In this document: positions 14,101 through 27,436 of the stretch, one piece after another
How the letters are laid out: the number at the start of each line of letters is the position of its first letter
Numbering within the stretch: position 1 is the stretch's first letter
Source: Lama guanicoe
Lineage: Eukaryota
Direction: 5' to 3'
Length of the DNA: 64,000 nucleotides
Assembly: GCA_013239625.1 (NCBI GenBank)
Contig: MU054187.1
Location: 14,418,974 to 14,482,973 of the forward strand
The notes under the pieces: model-generated
What the model was told of the DNA's origin: nothing
Databases searched by the model: none
Seen by the model: the letters and a program-made list of their open reading frames with translations, nothing else
Position numbers and translations under genes: made by a program

Positions 14101-14749
14101 AGACAAGGAAGGAAGTTTACGACTTTGAGGCTGTAACTAGAAGGTGACTGCTGTACCTAAAAGAGACAGAGAGGGAGAGCTACCTGTAACACTTAAGAAC
14201 AATGAAGAAAGATGCAGAAAGGGTATCAGGCCTGTGGGGGAGTATGGACAGTATCTGTTGAGTTATACCAAGATCTGTATCTGTAAATTTAAACTCTGTT
14301 TATATTCAGGACAATTAAACGTTGTAAATTAATACGAATTTATAATATCACAATTATTGTGATGAATAAGGCAAACACATGTAGAACATTCTCACTCACA
14401 CACATGGGGACCTCCAGACAGACACCGCCCTGAGTGCTCACTGCTCGGATGAGAATTCAGAGTTCCCAAATGGGAAACAGTGGCCTACAGGCCCTACCCT
14501 AAACTCAGACGAGGGTAGGCTTAGACAAGTTTTTGGACACTAATAATTATTCCAGGAGGTCAGAAGCAGGCCTTAACCAGCCACTGACATTCAGAGGAGC
14601 TCTAAACCAGGCTATCAGTTAAATATAGGGCACTTCCAAGGTGGAGCCAACGCACACAGAGAATACAGGAAAGGAAAGGGGATGCCAGCCTCCCACACTT
14701 CACTGGGGTCAGTACCACATGAGTAACTGGTAAAAGAATGTTTGGGTTT

Positions 14750-15050
14750 TTTATTTTAAGTTAGATTTACTGAGGTATAATCTACATACAGTAAAATTTA
14801 CCCCTTTCAGTGTACAGTTCTGTAAGTTTGATGAATGCATACAGTCGTGTTTCCACCACCACAATCAAGACAGAATACGCTACCACCACCCCCAAAACTC
14901 CCTCATGACAGTTTATGGTCGATCCCGCCCATCCCCTGGCAACCACTGCCCTGTTCTCTGTCTCTACAGTTTTGCCTTTTCCAGGATGTCATACACATCG
15001 AATCTACAGTATGCGGCCTTCTGAGTCTGGTTTCTTTCATCTATTATGAT
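14750..15050 (-). mobile_element. L1 3'-end fragment
   Basis: tttactgaggtataat...tgtacagttctgtaagtttgatgaatgcatacag...tctgtctctacagttttgccttttcca. Confidence 0.75.
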
Positions 15051-15640
15051 GTAATTGCAACAATGCCAGTGAGACTGGGACACAGTGAAAAAGAGAGTGG
15101 CAGGAATTCAAGTTGGAGAAGTGGAGGGGGCCACATCCCATAGGCACTGGTATCCACAACAAAAACTCTGGATTTACAGTAGGTGTGATTAGAAGCCAGT
15201 GGAAGTTTCTGAGCAGCCGAGTAATGTGATCTGATTACCTTAAAAAATAATTTTGGCTACTGTGTGGAAGACTGCCCAGAATAGAATAAAAGTAGAAAAA
15301 AGGAAGCCAGTTTAGAGACTACTGCAGTGGTCTGGGGTAAACATGATTGTGACTTAAACTGGAATGGTAACACTGGAGGTGGTGAATAGCGGTCAGATCA
15401 GAGATGTAATTTAGAGGAAGAGATGCCAGGACTGGGTGTAGCACATGGAGGGGAGCAGAAGGCAAGGAGGCTTTAAGATGCTTGGTTTGAGCAACAGAGT
15501 AGATGGTGGTGTCATGCAGGATGGATAAAAGAAAAGGAGATAAAACATAAGAGGGAAGAGCAGATTTGGGAGGGGGAGAGGGAGAAACGAGAGTTCCATA
15601 CACTTGGATATCATCAGCATATAGACACTGAATCTCTTCC
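15050..15640 (-). mobile_element. L2 remnant
   Basis: ggctactgtgtgga...gagactactgcagtggtctgg...tgagcaacagagtagatggtggtgtca (typical L2 antisense). Confidence 0.6.
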
Positions 15641-17941
15641 CGGACCGTTCCACATATCTCTACTGATCCTGGTAGAGAAAGTTCATTTAAGCTTCCCTGT
15701 GCTATTCCTCTTAATACAATGAGTGAATGCACTGGTAGGACATTCAGTCTCCACTTCACTGGGTTCCTAGAGTTATTATTATTTTTTAATTAAGAAGATA
15801 AGCTGTAAAGGATCAAGGCTAGAGAGCTCTTCCATTTCTCACCTTCATTTTCTATACAGGTAAGATCAAACTGAGTTTCATAGAAAGGATTACCTATAAA
15901 CTTCACATAGACTGTTTTTCAGAATGCTTATTCTCTTGGTCAATCACATTGGCTCAAACGAATTAAGAATAGAAAATGTCTTTTAAATAAAGCAATTTTT
16001 CTTGCTTTTAAGTGTTTTCCTGTTTTTTAGTATTTACAAATTAATAGGTGAAGCAGCATTCAGGGGTCCACTTTTTCCAACCTGTGAGATCAAGTTTATG
16101 CTTTTGGGATGGCAGAGGAGTATTTCTGCTTAGACAGAACATCAGTATGAGGAGAGGGAATATAATATAGAAAAGCCAGAGGATGTGGAGTAGAGGTTTC
16201 CTGTGTCTGCTTTCCTCTGGGAGCCGAATTATCCAGAACAAGGGAGGTGCACTGATCACATCACCACCCTCACGCTGCACCTCTGAGGCCGCCAAAGTAG
16301 AGCGTCTGAGATACAGGATGATTAGTCATGGCTCCATCCATCCATCCATCCATGTGACCCTTATTGACACATTTCCTAGAAGTTTTTTTATCTTAAAATT
16401 TCATGCAAGCTTGTCATCTATGATGCAGTCCCACTTACTTTAATATAAAGAAGTTTTTATTTACTTGCCACTGAGTAACTGACATTCCAGAGAGCTGCAG
16501 AATAAGAACACTGTGTACGGTTGTGCTGGTTGTGCACTGCACGCATTGAGGGAGAGGGCATTCACATTGTAGTTATTGAGGACTTGTATCTTACAACCAT
16601 TTTCTTTTTAATAGCAGTAAAGTGTTTTAAGGAAAAGGTATCTTTTTTCCTAATTTGTTAGAGTGCCATAGGGTACTTTGAGTACCATGACATTTGAACT
16701 TGGCACAAGCCTGAACCAGTCTTAATACTTTACTTATGAAGAGGCCAAGTTTCAGGAGGTGAAGAGACAAGGTCCCGGCTAGTTCATGGCAAGTCTGGGT
16801 TTGATGCCAGTCCCCATTCCCAGTCTCGTGCTCTTTTGTGGGAACTACTTCCACTAACAGTGAGCCGCTCTTCTCAGCGCACTCTCATGTCCTCTCAGCC
16901 GAAGGACACACCTTTGCAGGAGACAGTTATCTCATGCTGCTCTGGCCATTTGTTTCTGCCATGAGTGGATAGAGAGATATGCCACAGCTAGACTTCCTGC
17001 CAATTATTCCAGGGGGTGCAGCTGCTGGCGTGTGAGCTCCCTGAGAGCAGGAGGCATGCCCAAGGTTCTTCTCATGTACCACCAGCACCTGGCATATAGT
17101 TCGGCTGGTTTCATACAGAGGCCCTGTCCCCCAGATCCCTGCTGTCCTCCCTCCTGCAGCCAAAGCACACATTAGTGTGCAGCCCTGAGAAGCACTGGAG
17201 AGACCTCTACGCTGATTTCCATATCGACACGCCATGAACTGCTTATGACTGGTTAGACTCATTCAACCAGGAGCAGGAAGATCAGTTACAGAATCATACA
17301 ATGGGAGCATTGGAATAAACCTTGTAAGTCAACTAATTCAACTCCCTCACTTAATATTCCTGGAAACAGGATCGCAAAGAGATGAGAGAATCCACCTAGG
17401 TGGCTGCAGCTTACATATGCTGTGGTTAGTTCCCAAAACTCAAAATTTTTGACCAGTTAGATGCTGTTTCCTGAACATCACAATACCTTGCCACCAACAA
17501 CATGATGTCAGAGACATCATGAACTAGAGAGGAGGTGTGCCCTTAAGAATGTTTTCCTAGGTCTTGTTTGGGTTGGACAATAATAAATCATGTATTTGAG
17601 AAGATTCACTATTAGGCTCTTTTATTCTCTCCATACAAGGCACTACTCAGATAGAAGGGAAAAAAAGTCAGGCAAGTCTATTAGAAATTCTCATATTTAG
17701 CAGGAAAAGGATATGGAAGTAGGTTATGATTGTTCTGTATGTAAATGGTTAACTTAAAAAGCACAGCTGGTTAGTCATACAGTAAACTGTGTATGTCTAT
17801 TTATTTTGACTCCAAACTAGACATTCTATGACCTAGATCATTGGTTTAGTCTAATCTGATGATTATTTTAACTGAAAATAAGTATTCTCTTATAAACAGG
17901 ATGTATTCTCAAGCCGCTATCCAAACAATCAAAGGAATTTG

Positions 17942-18503
17942 TTTATTAAGAAAATATACTTTTTAGATTTTTAGCTTTATTGCAGAAATAAAACTTTAGA
18001 AGTAAAGACAACACTGGAACTTCACTTTAATAATATCCCAAGTTATGGGAGTAAATTAACGGTTCTGAAAGGTCACACGGTTATTTGACATGCGTTCTAG
18101 AATACTCAACTCTCTTCAACAGAACTAAATGAGCATATCATAGTGAGACTCCAGTGTTATCTCCACTGTTTTGCTGACCCTTCATTATTTATTAAAATAG
18201 TAATTATTAAATATAAAATTAAAAATAAAAACAACACAGGGCAACCACTTCTTCCTCACAAGGGAATTCTATATGTAAATTAATAATGAGCTGCAAACTA
18301 GAAGTCTAAAGTAACTTAAATCTCCTAAGTTATCAGTTTCCCAACACACACAAAAAAAGTCTTGATTTTTTTCAAAAGTCTAGCAAATGCACTAGTGGCC
18401 AATGTATTAGGGAAAGCAAAGCTGTATGTGTGCACATAGCTTCCACTTGGATGCTCTCTGATTTCTCAGCTGGGCCATAACACAGCAAAATATCAGTGGC
18501 ATA
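17942..18503 (-). other. STAU2: Possible 3' UTR of the isoform ending ...SHDQV*
   Basis: Follows TAA at 18504-18506. Minus-strand AATAAA at 18188-18193, 17976-17981 and 17942-17947. Confidence 0.45.
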
Positions 18504-18509
18504 TTATAC

Positions 18510-18623
18510 CTGGTCATGGCTGGCTTCAATGGAGCTTCCAATAGCATGGAAAGTCATCTGCACAGGGGCTAAGGTCAGACAGGTCACACACTCTTTGCCA
18601 CTTTGTCTATCACAGTAGTGAAC
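18510..18623 (-). CDS. STAU2: STAU2 alternative coding exon, 114 nt (VHYCDRQSGKECVTCLTLAPVQMTFHAIGSSIEASHDQ; dsRBD5 beta strands and start of helix 2)
   Basis: Acceptor tgttctgttatag|GTT CAC (ct at 18624-18625) and donor CAG|gtataa. Phase 0/0, 38 codons. Read-through gives V-stop (TAA at 18504-18506). Confidence 0.95.
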
Positions 18624-19481
18624 CTATAACAGAACACATGCAATCTGAACACCACTCGTAAGAGGGAGCCCGATGCAGTAGGTCCTTTTCAAAGGTTCTA
18701 GCTTTCAAGAAGAAACTCAAATGATTTATGCAGCACACAATCCACATATCTAAAACCTTATCAGGACTCAAATATCTATGGAAAATCTATTAATTCTGTT
18801 TTAAATACTTCTGAAGTTTTCAAAGAGTTTAGGAAATGCTTTGCAGAGTGCTCTACATTAGTCCAGCCAGTAGAAAAATAATTCACAACCACATGCTACA
18901 TCCATCTCTTTTGTCCAACTTTTCATAACACATAATGCATAATGGGCTCCAGGGTAAGCATGAGTCAAGTTCATTTGAGTCTAATGGAATTTTTGTCAAC
19001 CTGAATTTTCCTCATCTTTGACTCTATATGTGTGTGATTGCTGCTTGATTGGTAGTGACACTCTTCTATTTCTACATTATAGACGCTATAAAACCACTGT
19101 TTTTTATATATATGTGTATACACACACACACACACACACACAAACTTCACTACACCATGTTCTGCTTGGAATTTTGACACTGCAATCAAATTGAATTAAA
19201 CTGAAATGATCTGTAATGTGCAGACCAAAATAAAGTTCCTATAATATTATTTTCCTTTTAGTTAAATACAACCAACTATTATTAAAACCATGTGTAAGAC
19301 ACTCCATATCAGAGGTAGGGGATTTGGGGGCTGGGGGAAGTGTGACTCCATCTTCCTATTGGGAACATTTCCACCCTTTCATTTATCTACTTTCAAAAAA
19401 GTTCTTTCAAGCAGCGTTTAATTCTAAGCTCATAAAGTAAAAATAGCATTGCTTTTGTGATAAATTAATGAAAATATGCCT

Positions 19482-19580
19482 GTATATGTATATATAAATA
19501 CATATATATATACTTATATATATAACACGGATCTTATATATACTTGTATATATAATATGGATCATACATAATACGGATCC
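19482..19580. repeat. TA-rich tract with about 30-bp tandem units ending ggatc
   Basis: tatatatacttatatatataacacggatc / tatatatacttgtatatataatatggatc / atacataatacggatc. Confidence 0.75.
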
Positions 19581-20379
19581 CTGAAGGCAGGGAAACTTTC
19601 TGGAATCTATAAAAAGTAGTTTAGAGTTCAAATCAAGTCAACATACAAAGCTTTGTTTCCAAAGTACTTTAAAGATTTTGCTATAAAAATATTTTTTCCA
19701 AATTAACTTTGGGGAAGAAGATTTGACAACGGTTTGAATTCACTGGGCTACACCCACTGAGCAAATGAAAGGTCACTCAGTGTGCATGACTTCAAGAATG
19801 CGGGCATGTTGTTTACCACGCAGCAGCCAAACATCATGGGGGGAAACGAAACTGATCATATAACAGGTTTATGCAAAAGCCAATGCATGGCGACCCGATA
19901 ATAGCTACAGTTCACAGCCACTTACGGCACAGTTAAAATGTATGTCAGACGTAGTGCTGTCCTAAAACACGCTTTTTAAAATAAAACATAATCGCCCCCT
20001 GACATCAACTGAAAGTCTACACGGAATACAGGACACTCTCCTAAATATCCACATTGGTAGTGAGCATGCTTGTATGTCAGTCAACCAACTGCCGTCTTAT
20101 TATTTCTTCTACAGACATGAAAATTAGGGAAGACAAAAATAGCACAAGACAATTCAGTCAAAAAAATAAACTTCAGCCTTCATTCCCATCAGCGGCTTGG
20201 ATACTATTACCAAAAGACTGAGCTTCTCTCCTAGCTGTATCCAATTCACTGCGCACCTGTGACACCCTGTGAACTACTGCACCTCCCTCGGACACTCGAT
20301 ATGAGCGCACGTACAGAACTCACTCATACAAGATACACATAGAGGTGCAGGTTTGCACACAGCTCCCAAGAAAGTGTCA

Positions 20380-20832
20380 CAGCAGCCGGTGACCGTGACA
20401 GAGATTGCTAACTGTCCTCCAATATTTTTCCACAGTAATTTTTGGTGGGGCACAGAATAAAGGTATTTCCCAGGCTCCCCGGTAGCCATGTTAGTCATGT
20501 GACTGAGTAGAATGTAAATGAAAATTCTGTGGTAGCTTCCTAGAAACTTTTAAGATTTCAGGTGTGTACCTTTTGCTCTTCTTCTTTACTCATCTTGCTG
20601 CTCGGAATGTGGACACCACCATCTTCGACCATGAGGACTAGGGCCGAAATTTAGAGATGGTAGAGTGGTAAGTTGGAGGGAACTGGGGTCCTTGAAGATT
20701 TCAGGGAACACAACCATTACTCTGGCCCTAGACTGCAAGCTTCTGGACTTTTATGTGAGAAAAGAATACATATCTATTTTGTTTAAGTCACTGAGCTTTT
20801 TATTACTCACAAAAGAACCTAATCCCAGTGAG
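20380..20832 (+). mobile_element. MLT1-type MaLR LTR remnant
   Basis: tatttcccagg..cc..gtagccatgttagtcatgtgactgag...ttttgtttaagtcactg...ttactcaca..gaacctaatcc. Confidence 0.55.
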
Positions 20833-21511
20833 ATTTTCCCAATTGCTCCAAAATTGACACCAGGACCCAAAGCCAACAACAAAAGGAGCTCTAAGGCGCT
20901 GTCAACATTTATTCCCTCTTCCCACGCCCTTATTAACAGTCAGCAGAGCTGGTCCAACCATAAGGAATACACAGGGTCACTAGGAAAAGGCAGGAGAATG
21001 GGAGGGAACCAATCTTCCAAGGAATACAGCATTTCCAGTGAGTGGGGTAGCTCTAAGAAAAGCTGACAGAGATGGGGAGTGCCTACACGAAGGGGAGACT
21101 GAAATTCGGTCCCCTGGCAGCAGGTTTGCTGAGAACTAGACCTACAGGCCTCTGCAGAGAAACCCTGACTGAGTCTGACGCATGTCCCTAGCCCGTCTGG
21201 AAGCATACAGAAACACAGAGACCGAGTCTGGAGGCATCTAAGAGCCTGCTGAAGGAGCCCTCGGCACTCAGTGTCCCTGAAAACAAAAAAGAATGAAGGA
21301 AGATGCTCACCTAGGTCTCCACGGCCCTTGAAGAGAATGAAAGAGAATCTCAGCAGAAGCCAAGGGGCTGCTCAGGCCAACCAACGTGACACCATCCAAC
21401 AGCGGGGTCAGGGGCATGGACCGCTGGTCAGGCCCAAAGGAAACATGGCTGCCCCTCATGGACAGAGGGAATAGGGAGAAACTGAATACTGCTGTGAGAA
21501 AGTCATGAACA

Positions 21512-21623
21512 GTATTTTATAGTAACTATAAATGGAGCACAACCTGTAACAACTGTGAATGACTATACTGTACACCAGTAACTTAGACAATATTGCACAG
21601 CAACTATATTTCAGTTAAAAAAA
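21512..21623 (+). mobile_element. Short L1 3' end with TSD
   Basis: Flanked by agaaagtcatgaaca (21497-21511) and agaaaatcatgaaca (21624-21638). Confidence 0.8.
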
Positions 21624-24598
21624 AGAAAATCATGAACATCATCTACATGGAAACCAGTAACGGACGAAACCAGGCTACGAGTGGCACCTTCTCCTGCCCT
21701 TGGACCCTGCAAGGCCTCTAACATCGAGGAGTAAGGCCACGAAATAGATATAGAATGTGGAAGAAGGTGCCTCAGAAGCAGATCAAGCCCCTACCCCACC
21801 AACTACAAATGCTCCAAGGTGTTAGAGTGAGGGGAAGAGGAAAGAAATCAGGGTGCACTCTCATACACTTCCTCCCCCAAGTGTCTGGAGGCAGAACACC
21901 TGGCTGGCAATGGGGGGACATCAGCTTTGAGTTTTGCGGTGAACTGAGCTAGATTTTTTAAAACTAAAAATAACCAGGAAACTAAGGGATTTGCCAACGA
22001 TATAAAGAAACATGAGTAAGAGACATGACAGAGCATGGATGAGAGTGGTGACTGGAGAAATAAAATCATTCCATGTTTACACCCCCGCTGCACTGAGACT
22101 GATCCCCCCACCGAACAGATGAAAATATGTCAAAAATATAGAAAACTCTTCCTTGAGGAAGAGTTCCTGCAAATTAAACAAAAAGTGATAATGCACAGAT
22201 AAATGGCCTTAAGCAAGAATAATACAATCAATCACTCAAAGAAACAAGTTTGATATGGCTTCTCAGTTACTTACTTTCTTCTTGGACATAAAAACATTAG
22301 CATTCATAAAACTGTGACTTTCAAACAAAAAAACAATCCGGGAATGACATTTTAAAATTCATCCTTCTAAATCTAAAAATGCTTCCTATGATTGAAAGCA
22401 TCAGCAGAAGCCAGGAATCTTGGAACTCTAGGCTGAAATAATTAGAGTAATAAAATTCCATTATGTTCTATAATGCACAAATTTTCACAATTAATGGGAG
22501 AAATATTTCTGCTACAACAGAGCAGTGTTTCTACAAATGTGGACCTAAAAATTCCAATATGCAATGTCATGGACCTTGATTCTGATTAAAGAAAGATGAA
22601 AACAGATAATTTTAGGACATTACAAAAGTCATCTCTTAAGTTTACTTTAAGATTTATTGTTTATGAATCATATCATTTTGTTCTCTCTCATACCCTAAAA
22701 TGTAAGCAACCGATCTTGATTTGTATACTGTTGTAGCACTTGTTCTGGGTTTATAACACCATCAACTACAGCAAACTGACATTTTGTTTCTTCCTCCTGG
22801 ACTTACAAAAATTATTCCACTAAAAGATTGGGTCAGAGATTTCAATATATGTAAATTAAATAATGTGGCTTCCCTTGAAATTTGCAAATCCATAATAAAT
22901 TTTACTTTAAATTTCTTAGTTTGATATGTAATCACATAAACCCAGAGAAGATGTTATAATTGTGCATTCTGATAATGATTCTGCCAGTTTAGAGACTTCT
23001 TGACAGGAGACACAAATCACCTCAACTATTTAGATAACTTAAGAAATAAAGAAAAGTATTCTGAGCTTTAAAAATAATTTACATAAAAAGCTACTAGGTT
23101 TGTGAATTTTTTCATGCCCATGTGAAAACATGTGAGGCCTTTCAAATGAAAATTCAAATTCCCTACCCACTACCTCCAAAAAAAGTTAAATCAGATTGTC
23201 TCCTGCAGGGCTGAAAAATTCCCTGATGTTGTAGGACTGCTAAATATTTTACGGATCTCAGCAGGGAACTGGTTAACTGCCTGTGTGTCAGATGTTTTTA
23301 CCAGTCACCCCCGGTGGGACAAAAATGAAGAGGGTGTGAAAATGATCCATCTTTAAAGAAAGCTGCTCATGAGATCATTAAGGAAAGATAAAGGCCTGCA
23401 CACTCACATGTGATACCTACACAATGACTGTGTCAAGAAAACACGTCTGATTAGCGCACCTCAGGGTCACGAACCCGGCGCTGACTACACAGAAGCAAGC
23501 AGGGATAACGTTGTAGTCCAGCGGCATAAACGCCCTGCAAGGGAGGGGCAGACACAGCAAGGAGCTGAAGGACCTCAGTTTAGGACTAGACCTTAGGATA
23601 CTCAAAACATGCTGGATTCTTGTAGTCTGCACACTGGCTGCACAAAAGACCTAAATCTTTATTAACATGCAAACTAGCAAATTCTTGGCAAAGCACAAAA
23701 CAATGCTGCTTGATCAGTATTACCTTAATAAGTAGAGTAAATTGGTATTCAACATTTTTTAACTACTATTTTTCAAGATCACTTGAGGGCACGTAAATCA
23801 TCTTATTTATTTGGGTCAACTACAGGCAATAGTAGAAATCTATGTTGTACCTATCTATTTATAACTAAAGAATTAATTTATAATTAATAAATAAAAGAAG
23901 TTTCTCCATGAAAAGCACTTAGAACAATGCCTGGCTTATGGTTAGCATTAAAATAAATATTAGACATTCTTATTATTAGAATAACACATCCCATAGTAAT
24001 GTAATAATATAAAAGATATGACAAGATATATAATTATGAAGAATAATATTACATTAGGATAATGCCTGTCACTGACTTTCTCTAAAGTTTTTCCCCCAAA
24101 TCCTTTTCGTAACTAAAGTCAAGTCCTTTGTAACTAAAATGTAAACATATATTTAACATGTTCAGTCACGTACCGGTGTTTTAGCTGTATGAGTAATCTG
24201 CTTCACTCTGCATGCAATACGCTTGTCACATTAATGCCTCTAAAAGGACAAGTGAATGAATGAAATCACATTATACAGACTGAGACTCAGCTTGTAATTA
24301 TCTTTTCTCTCTTTTAGAAATTCTATGCTCAAGAAAAGCTTTGAAAATGACATGCTTATATTTGGTGTACAAAGCCCAGCAGAGATGTACAGATTTACTC
24401 CCAGTACAAGTCACAGATAAAAACTGCCTAACAAATACAACAACAGACGGGGTATCAGTATTGCTACGGGAGATAACTGCAGTCTTTAAGCGATGAGTTT
24501 CTACATGACAAAAATCCTAAATATTTGTTCATTGCTTTTCAGTTTCCACTGACTATGCCAGTGAAGGTCTAAGGAAGCAGCTAATCAAGATGTAAGTT

Positions 24599-24720
24599 AC
24601 ACACACACACACACACACACAGTTATTTTAGTTTTACATTTCCATCAAAAGAAAACACTAAGTTGAAAAGAAAAGAAAAGAAAAGAAAAGAAAAGAAAAG
24701 AAAAGAAAAGAAAAGAAAAG
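24599..24720. repeat. (CA)n microsatellite and (GAAAA)n pentanucleotide repeat
   Basis: CA run at 24599-24620; GAAAA units at 24664-24720. Confidence 0.95.
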
Positions 24721-25224
24721 ACAAGACTAAGTGATTTTTAACAGTCAATTACACAGCTACCAGAAGAGGAGCCTTCCTCTTCTGTAGTTCATACTCATGT
24801 TTTGATAAACTCACACACATCCATTTATAAACGTAAAACAAGCTACTTTAACATCTATAGGTTTTTGCAAAGAAATAACTTTTTAACAAGGAAAATTTCT
24901 TCCAAGGTCAAAGAAAAATTAGTTACATGGGCACTCAGTATACCACCAAAGTTAAACTAATGCAAAATACTCTGCCAAGAGGGTCAACCAATTCTACCAC
25001 TTCTCATGTGTTAGAATTCTGCTGTATTAACTATCGCTTCAAAAAATGGGTATCAAAGACAAGACCTTGTAAGTCTTCTCATTACATACTGGTTTAATTC
25101 ATAATGACACTTAATTTTTTTTTTACAAAAATACTAGAATATGTTGCCTTCTCCTCAGGAATTACAGATTTTAGGAACATAGTAAGTTTGTAATTAAAAT
25201 TACATTCATGATGAAAAGACTATT

Positions 25225-25720
25225 TATGACTTCTGCTTCCAGACAAAATGAAAGAGATCTACTTTTCTCTATTCTTTCCATTAAGTGTAAGTAAAAGCTC
25301 TTGATATCATACATAAAACAAACATAAAAGGACTCAGAAAGGTGGTGAGAAAGAAGAAGACAAGGTAAGGATTTCAAGACCCAAAAAAACAACAGAGTGG
25401 TGAATTTCTGCATTTTCTTTTTGTCTTATACAACCTGGACTGGATGTTAGAATATTTAGTATCCTGGGAATGCCAATAAGTATGGGGTGGGGGAAAGCCT
25501 CCAGAAAGCCTGCTCTCTCTAACCAAAGGGCCAGAAAAGGAATAACTTGGCAAGACAGAAATTGTTTAGACAATAACTGCCCTACTCCAGCTGAATACCA
25601 TGGAAAAACTGGCAGACGCACACCTCACCCCCATCAGCAAAGGTCAATTGGGGAGCCTAGACTTCTACTCTTGCCAGACTGGAAGGAGGTAACCCAATTC
25701 CCCTACAGGGAACAAGTGCA
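25225..25720 (+). mobile_element. L1M 5'-UTR-like remnant
   Basis: gacttctgcttccagacaaaatg...aagactc-like/gaaaggtggtgagaa...aaccaaagggccagaaaagg. Confidence 0.5.
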
Positions 25721-25839
25721 CCCAGCCCGTGGCAGGTGCTCAATGTATTTCAGTTGACTTTATAAATGAACGAATCCCTTACATTGTTAGTATTTATCGA
25801 GAATCTTTCCCAGGACTTCGCCCACTTTCCCTGGTCAGC

Positions 25840-26970
25840 CTTTACTTCTATGGCTTTAATTACATCTGTATACCGATGACTCCCCAATCTCTGTCTCCTA
25901 CCCTCTCCTGCTGATCATCAGACCCATTTACAAGTGCTTACTGGACAAGTTAAGTGCCTCTGAAAGTCCCACAGGCAATTCAAATTAACCATGTTTAAAA
26001 TGGAACTCATTAACCTTCTTTAAGTATATTCATCACATTCACACTAAAAATATAGTCTTTCCTAAAACAGGTCACATTCATACTACCTTCCTACTTTACT
26101 TTATTCTCAAATTCTTGAATGAATTTATCCTCAAATAGTCTCTATCTTCAACGCATTTAAATCTAGCTTCCATCCTGACCAGGCCAGTGAAAGCAACCTC
26201 ACAGAAGCTGATGCAAGAGATCAATGAATTCTCTCGACTGTACTGTGGACACCTGCACCCCGGCCCCACTCCGCAATGACCGTTAGTTTTGCCTCAAATC
26301 AATCTCAGTTATTTTTCTACTGCATTTGTGCAAAATCACTCTAGTTGGTCTTTCTGCAACCAATCTTTCTCTTTTTTGTCTAGTTCCCCCTTCACATTGC
26401 TTAGAGAACTATCTAAATTACAAAACCACTACCTTCTAAAAAATAAGTTGGTGGTCTCTGCCTAACAGCTAAACTCAAATTCCCAGCAGCACACACACAC
26501 ACACACACACACACGTTTTTTCAGCCTCCCTGCCCACCACTTCCACTTTGAACTGTAAGCATTTCCTGAAACACCAGGCCCTTTTATCCTGAATACTTGG
26601 CTTCCTCTGCCTGCAATTCCTTTTCTTCTTATTTACCATAAACAATCACACCTCCAGTGAACACGTGCCGTATTACACCTACGACAACACTTGCTATGTG
26701 GCACAGGCACTGCGTATGTTATTCCCTGCAGTGTGCTACAAATATTTTATTTTATTTATTTTATTTATCAAATGCTTATGTAATGTTCAAACACTGATCC
26801 CTGGAGCCAGGACTCAATGGTGGCAGTGGCTAGTCTTCTATATATTGGTTTCATTTTCCTGTCTGTCTGTCCCCAATTTGACCATAACTCTTCCTGTGCC
26901 CACTGCGTGGTATGCTACCCGGCATGCATAGGTACTTCTTAAGTATTTGCCCAGAGTGAATAAGTAAATG
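25840..26970 (+). mobile_element. Fragmented L2 with an internal (CA)n
   Basis: ctatggctttaattacatctgtata.cgatgactcccaatct..., ending ggcatgcataggtacttcttaagtatttg..gagtgaat. Confidence 0.55.
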
Positions 26971-27305
26971 TTCCATTTCCTGCTGTTCAGCTAAAGCAAT
27001 TCCAGTATTCAATGCAATGATACGCTATAGCCGAATTAACTTTATATCCATTCAATTCTTCACATACATACTGAAATTATCAAAAACTATTCCTAATGTA
27101 TTATCTACTATTTTTTTCTTAATAAGAGTTTCTGAAGCTGGGAACTTCGTATCATCTTCCAACAATAGTCCTTGTTTTCTCAGACATTTCACTATAGGAC
27201 TCGATTCTGAATTTTTCTTATACTTAAACAATGACAATATTACGGATAAAGACATTTAAGAAGTTTTTCAAATATTTCTTATCTTTGACAGTTAAGCCTG
27301 CTTTT

Positions 27306-27436
27306 TTTTCTTTTTAGTCTTTTTGGGGGGGGGTAGATTGTTATTTATTTACCTTAATGGGGGGATATTGAGGATTGAGCCCAGGACCTCATGCAAGTCA
27401 AGCATGCACTCTACCACTAAGCTATACCCTCCCCCG
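27306..27436 (-). mobile_element. Vic-1-type SINE
   Basis: gattgagcccaggacctcatgc..gcatgcactctaccactaagctataccctcccc; diverged TSD taagcctgcttttt / taaatctgcttttt. Confidence 0.85.

Noticed and set aside
17392..17407. CTCF-like palindrome ccacctaggtggctg
   Set aside because: Several mismatches to the core consensus; too weak to call
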